Assembly (NCBI GenBank): GCA_051251915.1
Contig: JBPOGF010000015.1
Location: forward strand, 1-64,000
DNA from: Akkermansiaceae bacterium
GTDB taxonomy: Bacteria; Verrucomicrobiota; Verrucomicrobiia; Verrucomicrobiales; Akkermansiaceae
Direction of reading: 5' to 3'
DNA: 64,000 nucleotides
A program made the translations under genes and the position numbers. This document shows, piece after piece, positions 1 through 10,100 of the stretch (the stretch's first letter is position 1; the number at the start of each line of letters is the position of its first letter). The notes under the pieces are model-generated. The model ran no database searches. It was not told the origin of the DNA and was given only the letters and a program-made list of their open reading frames with translations.

Positions 1-54
1 TAATTTGACGTTTTCATAAGATGGTAGAATACCAGATCGCTGGAGCGACCTCGA

Positions 55-285
55 CTACCTTCTCATTCTATCTTGTTTAGTATAGACGGAATTAGGGACT
101 TCTTTATAGATGAACTTAAAGAATATGATCAGCCAAGCACCTGTAGCCAATATGCCGATTAGGACGCTAAAGTGAGCTTTTCTTGAATTGGATGGGGTAG
201 TGGGTGATAGTGGAGTATCACATTTAGGGCACTTGCCCGGTAATTCATTGTAGAGGACTGCATTTGGGGAAGGTTTGAAAATCAT
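55..285 (-). CDS. small hypothetical membrane protein (CPKC motif plus one TM helix), possibly truncated
   Basis: 76-aa ORF 17 bp after nuoN; CPKC followed by hydrophobic FSVLIGILATGAWLIIFF. Confidence 0.45.
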   Translation of the reverse strand: MIFKPSPNAVLYNELPGKCPKCDTPLSPTTPSNSRKAHFSVLIGILATGAWLIIFFKFIYKEVPNSVYTKQDRMRR

Positions 286-302
286 GAACTAGAGCTAGCA
301 AA

Positions 303-1733
303 CTAACTTCCGATGATGCACTCGATAGCCTTCGGGAAAACACCTACTACTACGATTGCGGCGGTAAGGATGATGATGGCGTATTTTGAGATGCAGGGGA
401 TGATGAGTGGTGCTTCATTGGTCGGCTTGTGCCAGTAAATGGCGCGGATGACCTTGAAGTAGTAGTAGAATCCGGCGGCTGCGGCTACGAATGCGATGAC
501 TACCACGATCCAAGGGAGAATGCCTACGATGGACTGGAAAACGAAGAGTTTTCCCATGAATCCTGCGGTGAGTGGGACACCTGCCATGGCTGCCATGGTG
601 ATGGTTAGAGCTAGGGCTAGGTTTGGGTTTCTTTTGGCTAGGCCATCGAATCCATCAATCTCATCACTATTATCTTGGACTCGGATGAGGTTGAGGATGA
701 AGAATCCGGCGAAAGTCATGATGAGGTAGGTGGCTAGGTAGAATTTCACTGTCCAGAAGTCTGAGACCGCAAGTGCGAGGAGAAGGAATCCGGCGTGGGC
801 GATAGATGAGTATGCTAGAAGACGTTTGAAATTTGTCTGCGCGAGTGCGGAGAGGTTACCGTAGAGCAATGTGGCTGCTGCCATGATGACGAGGATGACG
901 GTTACATTTTGGCTAGTCTCATGGGCTGCTAGGAATGGATCTAGGATGACCATGGCTACGCCGAATCCAGCTGCCTTGGAGGCGATGGAGAGGAATGCGG
1001 TGATGGGGGTAGGTGCGCCTTGGTAAACATCTGGAATCCAGAGTTGCATGGGGACTGCACCGACTTTGAAGCCGAGAGAGAGGATGATGAGTGATAAGCC
1101 GAAGAATAGGGTGTATGAACCAGTGAGTTGCATTTCTGCGATTTTGGTAAGATCAGTGGTTCCTACTGCTCCGTAGAGCCAGGCGATGCCGTAGACGAGG
1201 AAGCCAGTGGAGAGAGCGCCGAGGATGAGGTATTTAACACCTGCTTCAAGTGAGCCAACATTTCTACGCATGAATGCGACCATGACGTAGAAGGTGATGG
1301 TGACGAGTTCTAATGATACGAAGATGGAAACAAGGTCAGTAGCTGATGCCATCCACATGAGTCCAGCACAGGCAAAGATGGGGAGTGTGTAGAATTCTCC
1401 AGTGTTGGTGTCTGTGTTATCGTTGCTGGTAAATTTATTGAGGATGCTACGGAAGTCATAGGACATTAACAGGACGAGGATAGTGCTGATGAGAGCGAAT
1501 CCTTTGAAGAAGAGGGAGTTTCCACCGGTGGAATAAAAGCGTGATAGCCAGTCCGGGACTGCGGTGCAGGTATCACAATTTCTGCCTAGGATGAGGAGAG
1601 CTAAGATGATGGTCAATCCACCAGCTCCGATGAGAGCGAGCTTGGATTTGTTCTTAGGTGATGCAAAGGCTTCCCAGAGCAGCATGAAAACGCCAAGTCC
1701 GACGACGTAGAATTCAAGTAGGTATGTGTTCAT
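303..1733 (-). CDS. nuoN: NADH-quinone oxidoreductase subunit N
   Basis: Antiporter-like membrane protein; EAGVKYLILG, FKVGAVP..W.PDVYQGAP and KRLLAYSSIAHAG motifs; last of the nuo genes. Confidence 0.97.
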   Translation of the reverse strand: MNTYLLEFYVVGLGVFMLLWEAFASPKNKSKLALIGAGGLTIILALLILGRNCDTCTAVPDWLSRFYSTGGNSLFFKGFALISTILVLLMSYDFRSILNKFTSNDNTDTNTGEFYTLPIFACAGLMWMASATDLVSIFVSLELVTITFYVMVAFMRRNVGSLEAGVKYLILGALSTGFLVYGIAWLYGAVGTTDLTKIAEMQLTGSYTLFFGLSLIILSLGFKVGAVPMQLWIPDVYQGAPTPITAFLSIASKAAGFGVAMVILDPFLAAHETSQNVTVILVIMAAATLLYGNLSALAQTNFKRLLAYSSIAHAGFLLLALAVSDFWTVKFYLATYLIMTFAGFFILNLIRVQDNSDEIDGFDGLAKRNPNLALALTITMAAMAGVPLTAGFMGKLFVFQSIVGILPWIVVVIAFVAAAAGFYYYFKVIRAIYWHKPTNEAPLIIPCISKYAIIILTAAIVVVGVFPKAIECIIGS

Positions 1734-1738
1734 TGTGA

Positions 1739-3160
1739 TTAGTTAAAAAATTGAAGGATGGCTTGTGGGTAGATTCCTACGATGAGGAGGATGACTCCGA
1801 GTAAGAGTGCTGGCATTTTCTCGGCGCTACTGAGTGGCTTAACCTTTTCAGTGCGGCTGACAGTTTCACCATGGAAGATGTTTCTGAACGCGCGGAGCAT
1901 GTAGACTGCTGAAATGACGACACCCCAGATGGCTATCATGGTGGCGATCTGAACTGGGCCGAATCCATCTGCTGGAGTCCAGCCTTCGAAGCCGGAGAAA
2001 AAGACCATGATTTCGCCAGCGAAGTTTGCTAGGCCAGGAAGACCGATGGATGCCATACCTACGAGTCCGAAGAGGAAGGCTAGGTTAGGTGCATTCTTGG
2101 CTAGTCCGCCGAGTTGGTTGAGTTCGAGTGAGCCCGTTTTGGATTCGATTCTGTCTGCTAGGCAGAATGACATGGCGATGGAAATGCCGTGAGCGAACAT
2201 GAGGAGGACTGCTGCTTGGGTTGCGAAGCTGCTGCCGTTGTCGATGAGTGCTGCGATGGCTAGGAAGATGTAGCCCATGTGCATGACGGAAGAATTACCG
2301 AGCATGAGGTCGAGGCGCTTCTGGTTGATGGTGACGAGGCCAACCCAGATGATGTTGCAGACTAGTAGAACAAGTAGGAGTGGAAGCCAGTGAGCGAGGC
2401 CATCAGGGACTACTTTGTAGCCGACAACGATGAGTCCGTAGAGTCCGAATTTCTTTAGGACACCAGCGTGGAGCATGGAGACTGGGGCTGGGGCCGAGGC
2501 GTAGGCTGGAGCAGCCCAGCTGTGGAATGGGAAGAGGGAAACGAGGGTGCCGAATCCGATGATGAGGAGTAGGGCTATTTCGTTTTGGTAATAGTCGAGT
2601 GGCTTGAGCTGGGTCATGTCAAAGCTACCGTTCTGGTTCGCGATCATGAGTAATCCTGCGAGCAGGACAATGGAGCCAAATGCGAGGTAGATGGTGACTT
2701 TCCAAGCGACTTCTTTTCTGTCGCCACGGCCTAGGATTCCGATCATGAGGAAGGTCGGGATCAGAGCTAATTCGTGGAATGCGAAGAAGAAGAATAAGTC
2801 AGTAGAAATGAATGCGCCAATGGCACCAGCGGAGATGAGAAGAGCACTAGAATACCAGAGCTTTTCGTGTCCTTCAGGACAAGATCCGCTGAGCACCGCC
2901 GCGAGGGTTACGACGACTGATAGGATGAGCATGATTACTGAGATCCCGCCGTTTTCGTGGAGATTCAGAGCGAGGTTGATGCTAGGATCGCTGAGAACGT
3001 TGAGGTTAAATCCAGAGCAACCGAAAGCGATGGCAGCAACGGCGACTGCTATATTTAAAGCAGCGGCTCCGAGCGCGATCTTGCGGGCGTTGATAGGCAC
3101 ACCGAAGAAGATGGCGACGACAGCCAGTAAGGGAATCAAGATGAGTGCTAAAGTAAGCAT
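1739..3160 (-). CDS. nuoM: NADH-quinone oxidoreductase subunit M
   Basis: FHELALIP, FPFHSWA, GLPGLANFAGE motifs; between nuoL and nuoN. Confidence 0.96.
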   Translation of the reverse strand: MLTLALILIPLLAVVAIFFGVPINARKIALGAAALNIAVAVAAIAFGCSGFNLNVLSDPSINLALNLHENGGISVIMLILSVVVTLAAVLSGSCPEGHEKLWYSSALLISAGAIGAFISTDLFFFFAFHELALIPTFLMIGILGRGDRKEVAWKVTIYLAFGSIVLLAGLLMIANQNGSFDMTQLKPLDYYQNEIALLLIIGFGTLVSLFPFHSWAAPAYASAPAPVSMLHAGVLKKFGLYGLIVVGYKVVPDGLAHWLPLLLVLLVCNIIWVGLVTINQKRLDLMLGNSSVMHMGYIFLAIAALIDNGSSFATQAAVLLMFAHGISIAMSFCLADRIESKTGSLELNQLGGLAKNAPNLAFLFGLVGMASIGLPGLANFAGEIMVFFSGFEGWTPADGFGPVQIATMIAIWGVVISAVYMLRAFRNIFHGETVSRTEKVKPLSSAEKMPALLLGVILLIVGIYPQAILQFFN

Positions 3161-3192
3161 TATGAGATGATGTTGTTAGTTAATTGAAAGGG

Positions 3193-5013
3193 TTATTTAG
3201 AGAAAACAGTGAAGTAAATAGCGATGATGACGCCGACTCCGCTGATGAGTGCGTAGTGCTGAAGGTTTCCTGACTGGCCGTATTTGCGGAATAGGTTACC
3301 TGTGCCTTGGGCGATACGGGTGAGACCTCCGACGATCATTCCGTTGATGATGAATTCATCGAGGAAATGGACGATAGCGGCGAGGATGTCTTGGAACCAT
3401 TTTACGATGCCTGCGTAGAACTCATCGATGTAGAATTTATTGCGGAATAGTGGGATACTGATTGGATCTTCAGTTTTGCCTTTGTAGAGGACGAAGGCGA
3501 GTGCTAGACCAACTGCGAATGCTCCGACTGAACAGTAGAATAGAGGATCGTCAAAATGTGGCGTTGTTCCTGGTGTGTAGCCTACTGCTTTAGGGATGAT
3601 TGCAGTGATATATTGTGAGCCCAATGCTAACAGTGCGAGTAGCGCAAGTGGACCGAACATCCTGAACTCAACTTCTTTCGCATGCTTTGCGTGTTCGTCT
3701 TTAGCCTCTCCGAGGAAAGCCACGAAGATGAGACGGAACATGTAGAAGGTGGTGAGAGCAGCTACGCCAAGTGCGATGTAGAATAATGCTATGTTGTTTT
3801 CATGGGCTACATGTAGGATTCCCTCTTTTGAGAAAAACCCTGATGTCATAGGCACTGCCGTGAGTGCGAGAGTTCCGATGATGAATGTGAAGCTTGTGAT
3901 GGGCATTCTCTTGCGAAGTCCGCCCATTTTCCAGATATCTTGCTCGTGATGGCATGCGTAGATGACTGCACCAGATCCGAGGAAGAGGAGAGCTTTGAAC
4001 CATGCGTGAGTGTAGAGGTGGAACATGCCTGCGTTTGGCTCAAGCAGGCCGACTGCCATGACCATGTATCCGAGTTGGGAGAGGGTAGAATAGGCGAGGA
4101 TCTTCTTGATGTCGTTTTGCTGAGTTGCCATGAGAGCGGCAACGAGAGAGGTGATGGCGCCGATCCAAGCGATCACTTCGACTGCTGGGACTTGAGCGAG
4201 TGCTTCTAGTCCTATGGAACCGAAGAAGCGTGCCATCATGTAGACACCAGCGGCAACCATAGTTGCGGCGTGGATGAGTGCTGATACAGGGGTGGGGCCT
4301 TCCATGGCGTCAGGAAGCCAGACGTGGAGTGGGAGTTGGGCAGATTTACCGATGGCTCCACAGAAGACGAGGAGCACTGCGATGCCTGCTAGGCATGGAC
4401 CACAAGCTCCTTGGCTGATGAATGCTGCACCGTCCATTTCTGAGAAGACAACTGAACCAGCCATAATCCAGGTCATGAGGATACCGATGAGGAATCCGAA
4501 ATCACCGATTCTGTTAGAGAGAAATGCTTTCTTGGCTGCGTCTGCTGCGGTGTCTTTCTTATACCAGTGACCGATGAGGAGGTATGAGGATAGACCAACG
4601 AGCTCCCAGAAGATGAACATCATGATGAAGTTCTCTGCGAGGACGATACCAGTCATGGAGAACATGAAGAGTGAGAGGTTGCCGAAGTAGCGGGCTTTTG
4701 CTTCATCATCTTCCATGTAAGCTAATGAGAACATGTGGACGAGGAATCCGATGCCACACACGACAATCATCATGCCTTTGGCTAGTTGATCACCTACGAG
4801 GCCTATATTTGCCTCAAATGCGCCGACGTTAATCCAGCTCCATGACGGAGGAGTCGTGAAGACGTTAGATAGCCAAAGAATAGCAATGACTAGTGATGCC
4901 AAGGTAGAGATTGTGCCGATCTTCGCAGCAAGTCCTGCGAATTTCTGCTTTAGCACGAAATGAATCAGTGCTGCACTTGCTAGTGGTAGAATGAATAGTA
5001 ACCAGAGTATCAT
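3193..5013 (-). CDS. nuoL: NADH-quinone oxidoreductase subunit L
   Basis: WELVGLSSYLLIG, NRIGDFG, GKSAQLPLHVWLPDAMEGPTPVSALIHAATMV. Confidence 0.98.
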   Translation of the reverse strand: MILWLLFILPLASAALIHFVLKQKFAGLAAKIGTISTLASLVIAILWLSNVFTTPPSWSWINVGAFEANIGLVGDQLAKGMMIVVCGIGFLVHMFSLAYMEDDEAKARYFGNLSLFMFSMTGIVLAENFIMMFIFWELVGLSSYLLIGHWYKKDTAADAAKKAFLSNRIGDFGFLIGILMTWIMAGSVVFSEMDGAAFISQGACGPCLAGIAVLLVFCGAIGKSAQLPLHVWLPDAMEGPTPVSALIHAATMVAAGVYMMARFFGSIGLEALAQVPAVEVIAWIGAITSLVAALMATQQNDIKKILAYSTLSQLGYMVMAVGLLEPNAGMFHLYTHAWFKALLFLGSGAVIYACHHEQDIWKMGGLRKRMPITSFTFIIGTLALTAVPMTSGFFSKEGILHVAHENNIALFYIALGVAALTTFYMFRLIFVAFLGEAKDEHAKHAKEVEFRMFGPLALLALLALGSQYITAIIPKAVGYTPGTTPHFDDPLFYCSVGAFAVGLALAFVLYKGKTEDPISIPLFRNKFYIDEFYAGIVKWFQDILAAIVHFLDEFIINGMIVGGLTRIAQGTGNLFRKYGQSGNLQHYALISGVGVIIAIYFTVFSK

Positions 5014-5027
5014 GATTCTTTAGTAAA

Positions 5028-5351
5028 TTAGTTTTTAAGAGAAGTGAGGTCGTCCGTGCTGATGGTCTTGCGGGCGCGGTAGAGGGCTACGATGATGGCG
5101 AGTCCTACGGCGACTTCCGCTGCGGCTACGGTGATGATGAAGAATACGAGCATTTGGCCGTCGTAGTCAGGTAGGCCGTTGACTAGGTTAGCGCGACTGA
5201 AGGCTACGAGTGTGAGTGACGCTGCAGCGAGCATCATTTCCAAGCACATGAAGATGACGATGATATTGCGGCGTATAATGACTCCTGCTAGGCCGATGGC
5301 GAAGAGTAAGCCGGAGAAGAATAAGTATTCTGTAAGTGATGCGGTTGCCAT
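5028..5351 (-). CDS. nuoK: NADH-quinone oxidoreductase subunit K
   Basis: [13 protein letters not shown] and [12 protein letters not shown] motifs. Confidence 0.97.
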   Translation of the reverse strand: MATASLTEYLFFSGLLFAIGLAGVIIRRNIIVIFMCLEMMLAAASLTLVAFSRANLVNGLPDYDGQMLVFFIITVAAAEVAVGLAIIVALYRARKTISTDDLTSLKN

Positions 5352-5368
5352 GATGGTGAATGGGGAAA

Positions 5369-6370
5369 TTAGTTAGATTTGTTGGCGTGGAGTTCAGTTG
5401 CTTGAGCGATCCAGTTGTCGCGGTCGATGCGTCCTTTGAATGAGAGCAGGTCATCGAACTCGGTTACATTTTCAGGTGTCCAGTCAGCAATTTGCTTAAA
5501 GGTGAATACTCCGAAGTTATTTAGTTTGTCTTCTAGTAGTGGGCCAACTCCATTGATGATTACTAAGTCATCTGCGTAGTCAGGGCGGGAATCATAGATG
5601 ATGCCGAGCTTTTCGTTGTTCTTGGCATTTTCTGGGACTGTGATTGCGGCAGGGGCATCCTGAGCATTACTAGTTAGCTCGGGTTCTGATGATTCAGTGA
5701 TTTCTGAACCAGTGGCTGGGAAACTTACCTCTGGGATTGTGCTAGATTTAGCCAATGTCTTAGCCATGCGGTGGTCAACGTCAGTTTCAGGCTCATCGCC
5801 GTGAAGTTTCTTAGACAATGTGACACAACCTACTGTAGCGACGAGAAGGAGGACGCCTACTACTTGTAGAGGGAAATTATAGTCAGTGAAGAGTTTTTGG
5901 CCGATAAGGTTTACGTCAGCGAGTTGGCCGGTCTTAAGCTTTTCTCTAATGATGCTTTTCTCTGGGACTTCTGAGGTAGGGAGATTTACCTCAGCTGCAA
6001 CGAGTGCCTTTTTATCTAACTTCTCGAAGTCTTGATTCACGCTCTGGAAGACAGGGATAATGACGAGGACGAAGAGTAGGGGGATAATGACGCCAGCGGC
6101 GATGGATGATCCTGTGAACTCTTTACGTTCTTCCTTTTTGAGGTCGAGAAGCATGATGATGAAGATGAAGAGAACCATGATCGCGCCTGCATAGACGAGA
6201 ACTTGGAGAGTCCCCACGAAATAGGCATTAAGGCCGATGAGTAGTGCTGCTAGCCCGATGAATGATCCGATCATGCCCATTGCTGAGGAGACTGGATTTT
6301 TCAGAGCAACTACACAGACACCACCTGCGATCATCAGGATGGCGAATAGGTAAAAGAGTATGGTTGGCAT
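5369..6370 (-). CDS. nuoJ: NADH-quinone oxidoreductase subunit J with a C-terminal linker and helix-hairpin-helix-like domain
   Basis: [20 protein letters not shown]uoJ motif; about 140 extra C-terminal residues ending [11 protein letters not shown]...FTFKQIADW...[12 protein letters not shown]. Confidence 0.93.
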   Translation of the reverse strand: MPTILFYLFAILMIAGGVCVVALKNPVSSAMGMIGSFIGLAALLIGLNAYFVGTLQVLVYAGAIMVLFIFIIMLLDLKKEERKEFTGSSIAAGVIIPLLFVLVIIPVFQSVNQDFEKLDKKALVAAEVNLPTSEVPEKSIIREKLKTGQLADVNLIGQKLFTDYNFPLQVVGVLLLVATVGCVTLSKKLHGDEPETDVDHRMAKTLAKSSTIPEVSFPATGSEITESSEPELTSNAQDAPAAITVPENAKNNEKLGIIYDSRPDYADDLVIINGVGPLLEDKLNNFGVFTFKQIADWTPENVTEFDDLLSFKGRIDRDNWIAQATELHANKSN

Positions 6371-6401
6371 GGTGTGTTAGTTATTTGTGAATGGGTGAAA
6401 A

Positions 6402-6971
6402 TTACTTTAGGTCGTTCCATTTGTTGACTAGTCCTACGCGTTTGCCGCCGATTTCGTAGAGCTTCTGTTTGTTGTGGACCATTTCCTCACGGCTGGTGCC
6501 GGTGATGGCGTAGTCTTTGCGGAGGTAGATGGCTTGCTCTGGGCAGACTTCTTCGCAGAGTCCGCAGTAGATGCAACGGATCATGTCGATCTCAAACTCC
6601 TTCGGGCGTTTTTCAACCTTTGCCCATTCGTCACCTTCGGGGATTTCTCCTGGGATGATTTTAATCGCTTTAGGGGGGCAGATGAATTCACAGAGTTGGC
6701 AAGATACGCAACGCTCACGGTCTTGTTCATCAGTGACAAGTGCTGGTGCTCCGCGGTAGTATTCTGGGAGCTCATCGTCCCATTTTTCTTCGGGGTATTG
6801 CATCGTGACACCGAGGCCAGATGAATTTAGCGAGTCTGCACCGCGTGATTTACCTAACACAGATTTCAAAGCGTGCTTCAGAGTGACGAGCGTGCCTTTG
6901 AAAATACCGATAAGATAGATCTCGTCAGATTTACTAAGTTTAGGGCGAGATAGTTTTGTGACTTTAGCCAT
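6402..6971 (-). CDS. nuoI: NADH-quinone oxidoreductase subunit I
   Basis: TMQYPEE and two CxxCxxCxxxCP ferredoxin motifs. Confidence 0.97.
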   Translation of the reverse strand: MAKVTKLSRPKLSKSDEIYLIGIFKGTLVTLKHALKSVLGKSRGADSLNSSGLGVTMQYPEEKWDDELPEYYRGAPALVTDEQDRERCVSCQLCEFICPPKAIKIIPGEIPEGDEWAKVEKRPKEFEIDMIRCIYCGLCEEVCPEQAIYLRKDYAITGTSREEMVHNKQKLYEIGGKRVGLVNKWNDLK

Positions 6972-6998
6972 TGTGATTAGAGAGTGGTGAGATTGAAA

Positions 6999-8249
6999 TT
7001 ATGATTTGGCCTCTGCTGTGGTGTCTGAGGCGAGCATACGCTCAAGTGACTTGGCGATGTAGAACATGACTCCTGAGAAGACGACTACTCCAGTGATCAT
7101 AGCGACAACAGCAACTGTTTCTCCTCGCTCCAGCATAGGCGGAGCGGCGATGATGACTGCTGCGATGAGAATGTTGATGAGAGCGGCTTCGAAGAATACT
7201 ACCCAGCCAAGCTTCATGAGTTGGTCATATCTGAAACGTGGGACGGTCCAGCGGATGAGGATGAAGAATAGGATGAAGCCAACTAACTTAGCGAGGAATA
7301 CTCCAAGGTGGATGAGTCCAGCCCAGTCGCCAAATGTGCTCACTACCCAGGCATCAGCACCGAAGCCGATAGACCAACCTCCGAGGAAGAGTGTGACGAT
7401 GAGTGCTGAACCTACGATCATGGCTGCATATTCTCCTAGGAAGAAGAGTGCGAATTTCATGGATGAGTATTCAGTGTGGTAACCACCAACGAGTTCGGTT
7501 TCACATTCAGGTAAATCGAATGGCATGCGGTTTGTTTCCGCGAAGATAGAGATGGTGAAGATGAAGAAAGAGATGATCATTGGAATCCAGAGAAGCATGC
7601 GCTCCATGGAAAGGCCTTCGCCCCAGAGAGGGAGGATAAGCCAGCCGTTCTTAGCTTGCTCAGCAACGATGTTGGAGAGATTTAAATCACCGAAGTGCAT
7701 GAGCACAGGGATGATGGAAAGGCCGAGTGCAATCTCGTAAGAAATCATTTGAGCACATGAACGGACTCCACCGAAGAATGAGTATTTATTGTTAGATGCC
7801 CAACCAGCAAGTGTTATCCCGTAGACTGAGAGTGAAGCTACTGCAAAGATGAGGAGTGGTCCTACTGAAACGTCAGCGATAACTAGTTTCTCGCCAAACA
7901 GCTCAGAGCCAAATGGCACTACTGAGAGCGTGACAAGTGCAGGAACCATTGTGAGGGCTGGAGCTAGCCAGAAGAAGAATTTGTTTACATGTGAAGGAAC
8001 GAAATCTTCCTTGAGGATGAATTTCAGGCCATCTGCTAGTGGTTGAAGGAGCCCGAAGAGATGGAAATCTTTTTTGAATCCGAAGAGTGTGAGGGGAATT
8101 CCCGTTCTGTTGGGACCGACACGATCCTGAATAACCGCTGCAAAACGACGCTCAGCGTAAACTGAATAGGCAATGATCGGCAAAGTCAGGACGAACGTAA
8201 TGCCGACGACCTTAGCGATGATAATGATGAATGGTATGAGTGCTTCCAT
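6999..8249 (-). CDS. nuoH: NADH-quinone oxidoreductase subunit H
   Basis: ERR..A.IQDRVGPNR, AQMISYE, AETNRMPFDLPE, PRFRYDQLM. Confidence 0.98.
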   Translation of the reverse strand: MEALIPFIIIIAKVVGITFVLTLPIIAYSVYAERRFAAVIQDRVGPNRTGIPLTLFGFKKDFHLFGLLQPLADGLKFILKEDFVPSHVNKFFFWLAPALTMVPALVTLSVVPFGSELFGEKLVIADVSVGPLLIFAVASLSVYGITLAGWASNNKYSFFGGVRSCAQMISYEIALGLSIIPVLMHFGDLNLSNIVAEQAKNGWLILPLWGEGLSMERMLLWIPMIISFFIFTISIFAETNRMPFDLPECETELVGGYHTEYSSMKFALFFLGEYAAMIVGSALIVTLFLGGWSIGFGADAWVVSTFGDWAGLIHLGVFLAKLVGFILFFILIRWTVPRFRYDQLMKLGWVVFFEAALINILIAAVIIAAPPMLERGETVAVVAMITGVVVFSGVMFYIAKSLERMLASDTTAEAKS

Positions 8250-8282
8250 GGTGGTTTAGTGATCGGTTATCAGAGTGTTTTG

Positions 8283-10028
8283 TTAGCCTACGATGATTCC
8301 AGCGCTGGCACGCTCGCGTTCTTTATTTAGGAGAGGGATTTCTACTCCTGTTTCGATGATTTGGAGTCCTTGTTCGCCGATTTTAGAGAACGTAATGCCG
8401 TTGAATTCTGGGACGTTTGTTGCGATTATTTTAAGGACGTCTTCGATCATGTACATGTCGTTAGATTCTCCGTTAATCGCTAAGATGAGGTCGCGGATAA
8501 TTTCCCAGTCTTCTTTAGCGTTTCCAGTTGGTTGGAGAGCTTGGTTGAGACGTTGAAGCCTTCCTGTGACGTTGACCATACTGCCGCGTTTTTCTGCGAA
8601 GCTGGCTCCTGGTAGGAAGATGTCACTGGCTTGGGCTGTTTTGTTAGCGATGATGTTTGAGGAAATCACTAGTTCTGCACCAGCAATGTCGTCGTGGCTG
8701 AATCCTGCAGCTTCAAAGATGTCTTCGTTAAGAACGATGAGAGCTTTAATACTGCCGTTGTTGAGACCAGCTTTAATTGCATCAAGCTTACCGTCGGTGT
8801 CATTGAGTATAAGTTTAGCACCATTGGTGTTTGGGTTTCTATCGGCAGAGATGAGTTTGCCGTCTGCTTCTCCGAAACGCTCAACGATGGCAAGATTTTC
8901 AGTGCCTAAAGTATCAGCTAAACCTTGGCTGAGGAGGAGTTCTTCATTGGTTTGGCGTGCTGATGCGATGATGCCAATTTCAGAGGCTTGGAATTCACTA
9001 AGAGCATCGGCTGCTGAAGTGAGTGCTGTGTTCCAGTCAGTGATCTCGTGCTTGCCGTCAACTTTGATCATTGGATCTGTGAGGCGGTCATCTCCTTGTG
9101 TTTCGTGGAATGCAAGTCTGTGTGAGTCTGGCATCCAGTCTGAGTTCACGGCGTTGTTTCTGCGTGGAGTGACTCGGTAAACTTTGCTGCCACGTGTCCA
9201 GATGGTGGTGTTACAACCTGTTCCGCAATTTACGTCGATAGATTTTGTTTCCTTGAGGAACCATACGCGCATTTGGAAGCGGAAATCCTTAGATGTTAGA
9301 GCACCTACTGGGCAGAGGTCGATGGTGTTCATGCCGTAGTTTGAATCTAGTCTGCGATCTGGGTGACAAGTAACGGTGGTGTGTGTGCCACGCTCGGAGA
9401 AGCCTAGCACTGCATCGTCTGCGACTTCGTCCATGAAACGGATACAACGTGAACACATGATGCAACGCTCGTCATCAAGGTTAACGCGTGGTCCGATGTC
9501 TACGTTTTTCGGTTTCTTGACTTTGTCTTCTACGAATCTTGATTGACCACGACCGTGTTCGACTGAGAACTCTTGGAGTGAGCATTCACCGGCTTGGTCA
9601 CAGATTGGGCAGTCGAGTGGGTGGTTGATGAGGAGGAACTCCATCACGCCTTCACGCGTTTTCTCTACGAGATCACCAGTGGTTCTGATCCCCATGTTTT
9701 CACCAACGGTATTAGCACATGCTATAACAGGGCGGGGCATCCAGCCGATTTCTTGATAACCGTCATCGCCGTAGACAGGATCAGAACCAGGCGCAGGGCG
9801 TGGAGGCATTCCCATCTGAACAAGACACATGCGGCAGTTTCCTGGGGATGTGAGTTTAGGGTGATAACAGTAGTGAGGAACTTCCTTTTCTGCGATCTTG
9901 CAGGCCTCGATCATACGAGTGCCTTTTGGTACCTGAATCCAGTTGCCATCGATCTGCACGTTCACGAGCCCTTTTTCAGCGGCTTCGTCTTTAGGAAGTA
10001 GTTTGGTAGTTGTTGGTGTGTCTGACAT
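8283..10028 (-). CDS. nuoG: NADH-quinone oxidoreductase subunit G (short form)
   Basis: VPHYCYHP..GNCRMCLV, HPLDCPICDQAGEC, RCIMCSRC, DLCPVGAL. Confidence 0.96.
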   Translation of the reverse strand: MSDTPTTTKLLPKDEAAEKGLVNVQIDGNWIQVPKGTRMIEACKIAEKEVPHYCYHPKLTSPGNCRMCLVQMGMPPRPAPGSDPVYGDDGYQEIGWMPRPVIACANTVGENMGIRTTGDLVEKTREGVMEFLLINHPLDCPICDQAGECSLQEFSVEHGRGQSRFVEDKVKKPKNVDIGPRVNLDDERCIMCSRCIRFMDEVADDAVLGFSERGTHTTVTCHPDRRLDSNYGMNTIDLCPVGALTSKDFRFQMRVWFLKETKSIDVNCGTGCNTTIWTRGSKVYRVTPRRNNAVNSDWMPDSHRLAFHETQGDDRLTDPMIKVDGKHEITDWNTALTSAADALSEFQASEIGIIASARQTNEELLLSQGLADTLGTENLAIVERFGEADGKLISADRNPNTNGAKLILNDTDGKLDAIKAGLNNGSIKALIVLNEDIFEAAGFSHDDIAGAELVISSNIIANKTAQASDIFLPGASFAEKRGSMVNVTGRLQRLNQALQPTGNAKEDWEIIRDLILAINGESNDMYMIEDVLKIIATNVPEFNGITFSKIGEQGLQIIETGVEIPLLNKERERASAGIIVG

Positions 10029-10076
10029 GTCTTGGTGATTCTGTTAAGCTTCGCTTTGGGAGCGGTGCTTCGCACT

Positions 10077-10097
10077 GGGGAGCAGGAAGCGGGGAGC
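10077..10097. repeat. three tandem heptamers (GGGGAGC AGGAAGC GGGGAGC), left flank of the four-helix-bundle gene
   Basis: Read directly; an imperfect inverted copy lies at 10480-10500. Confidence 0.8.
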
Positions 10098-10100
10098 TGA

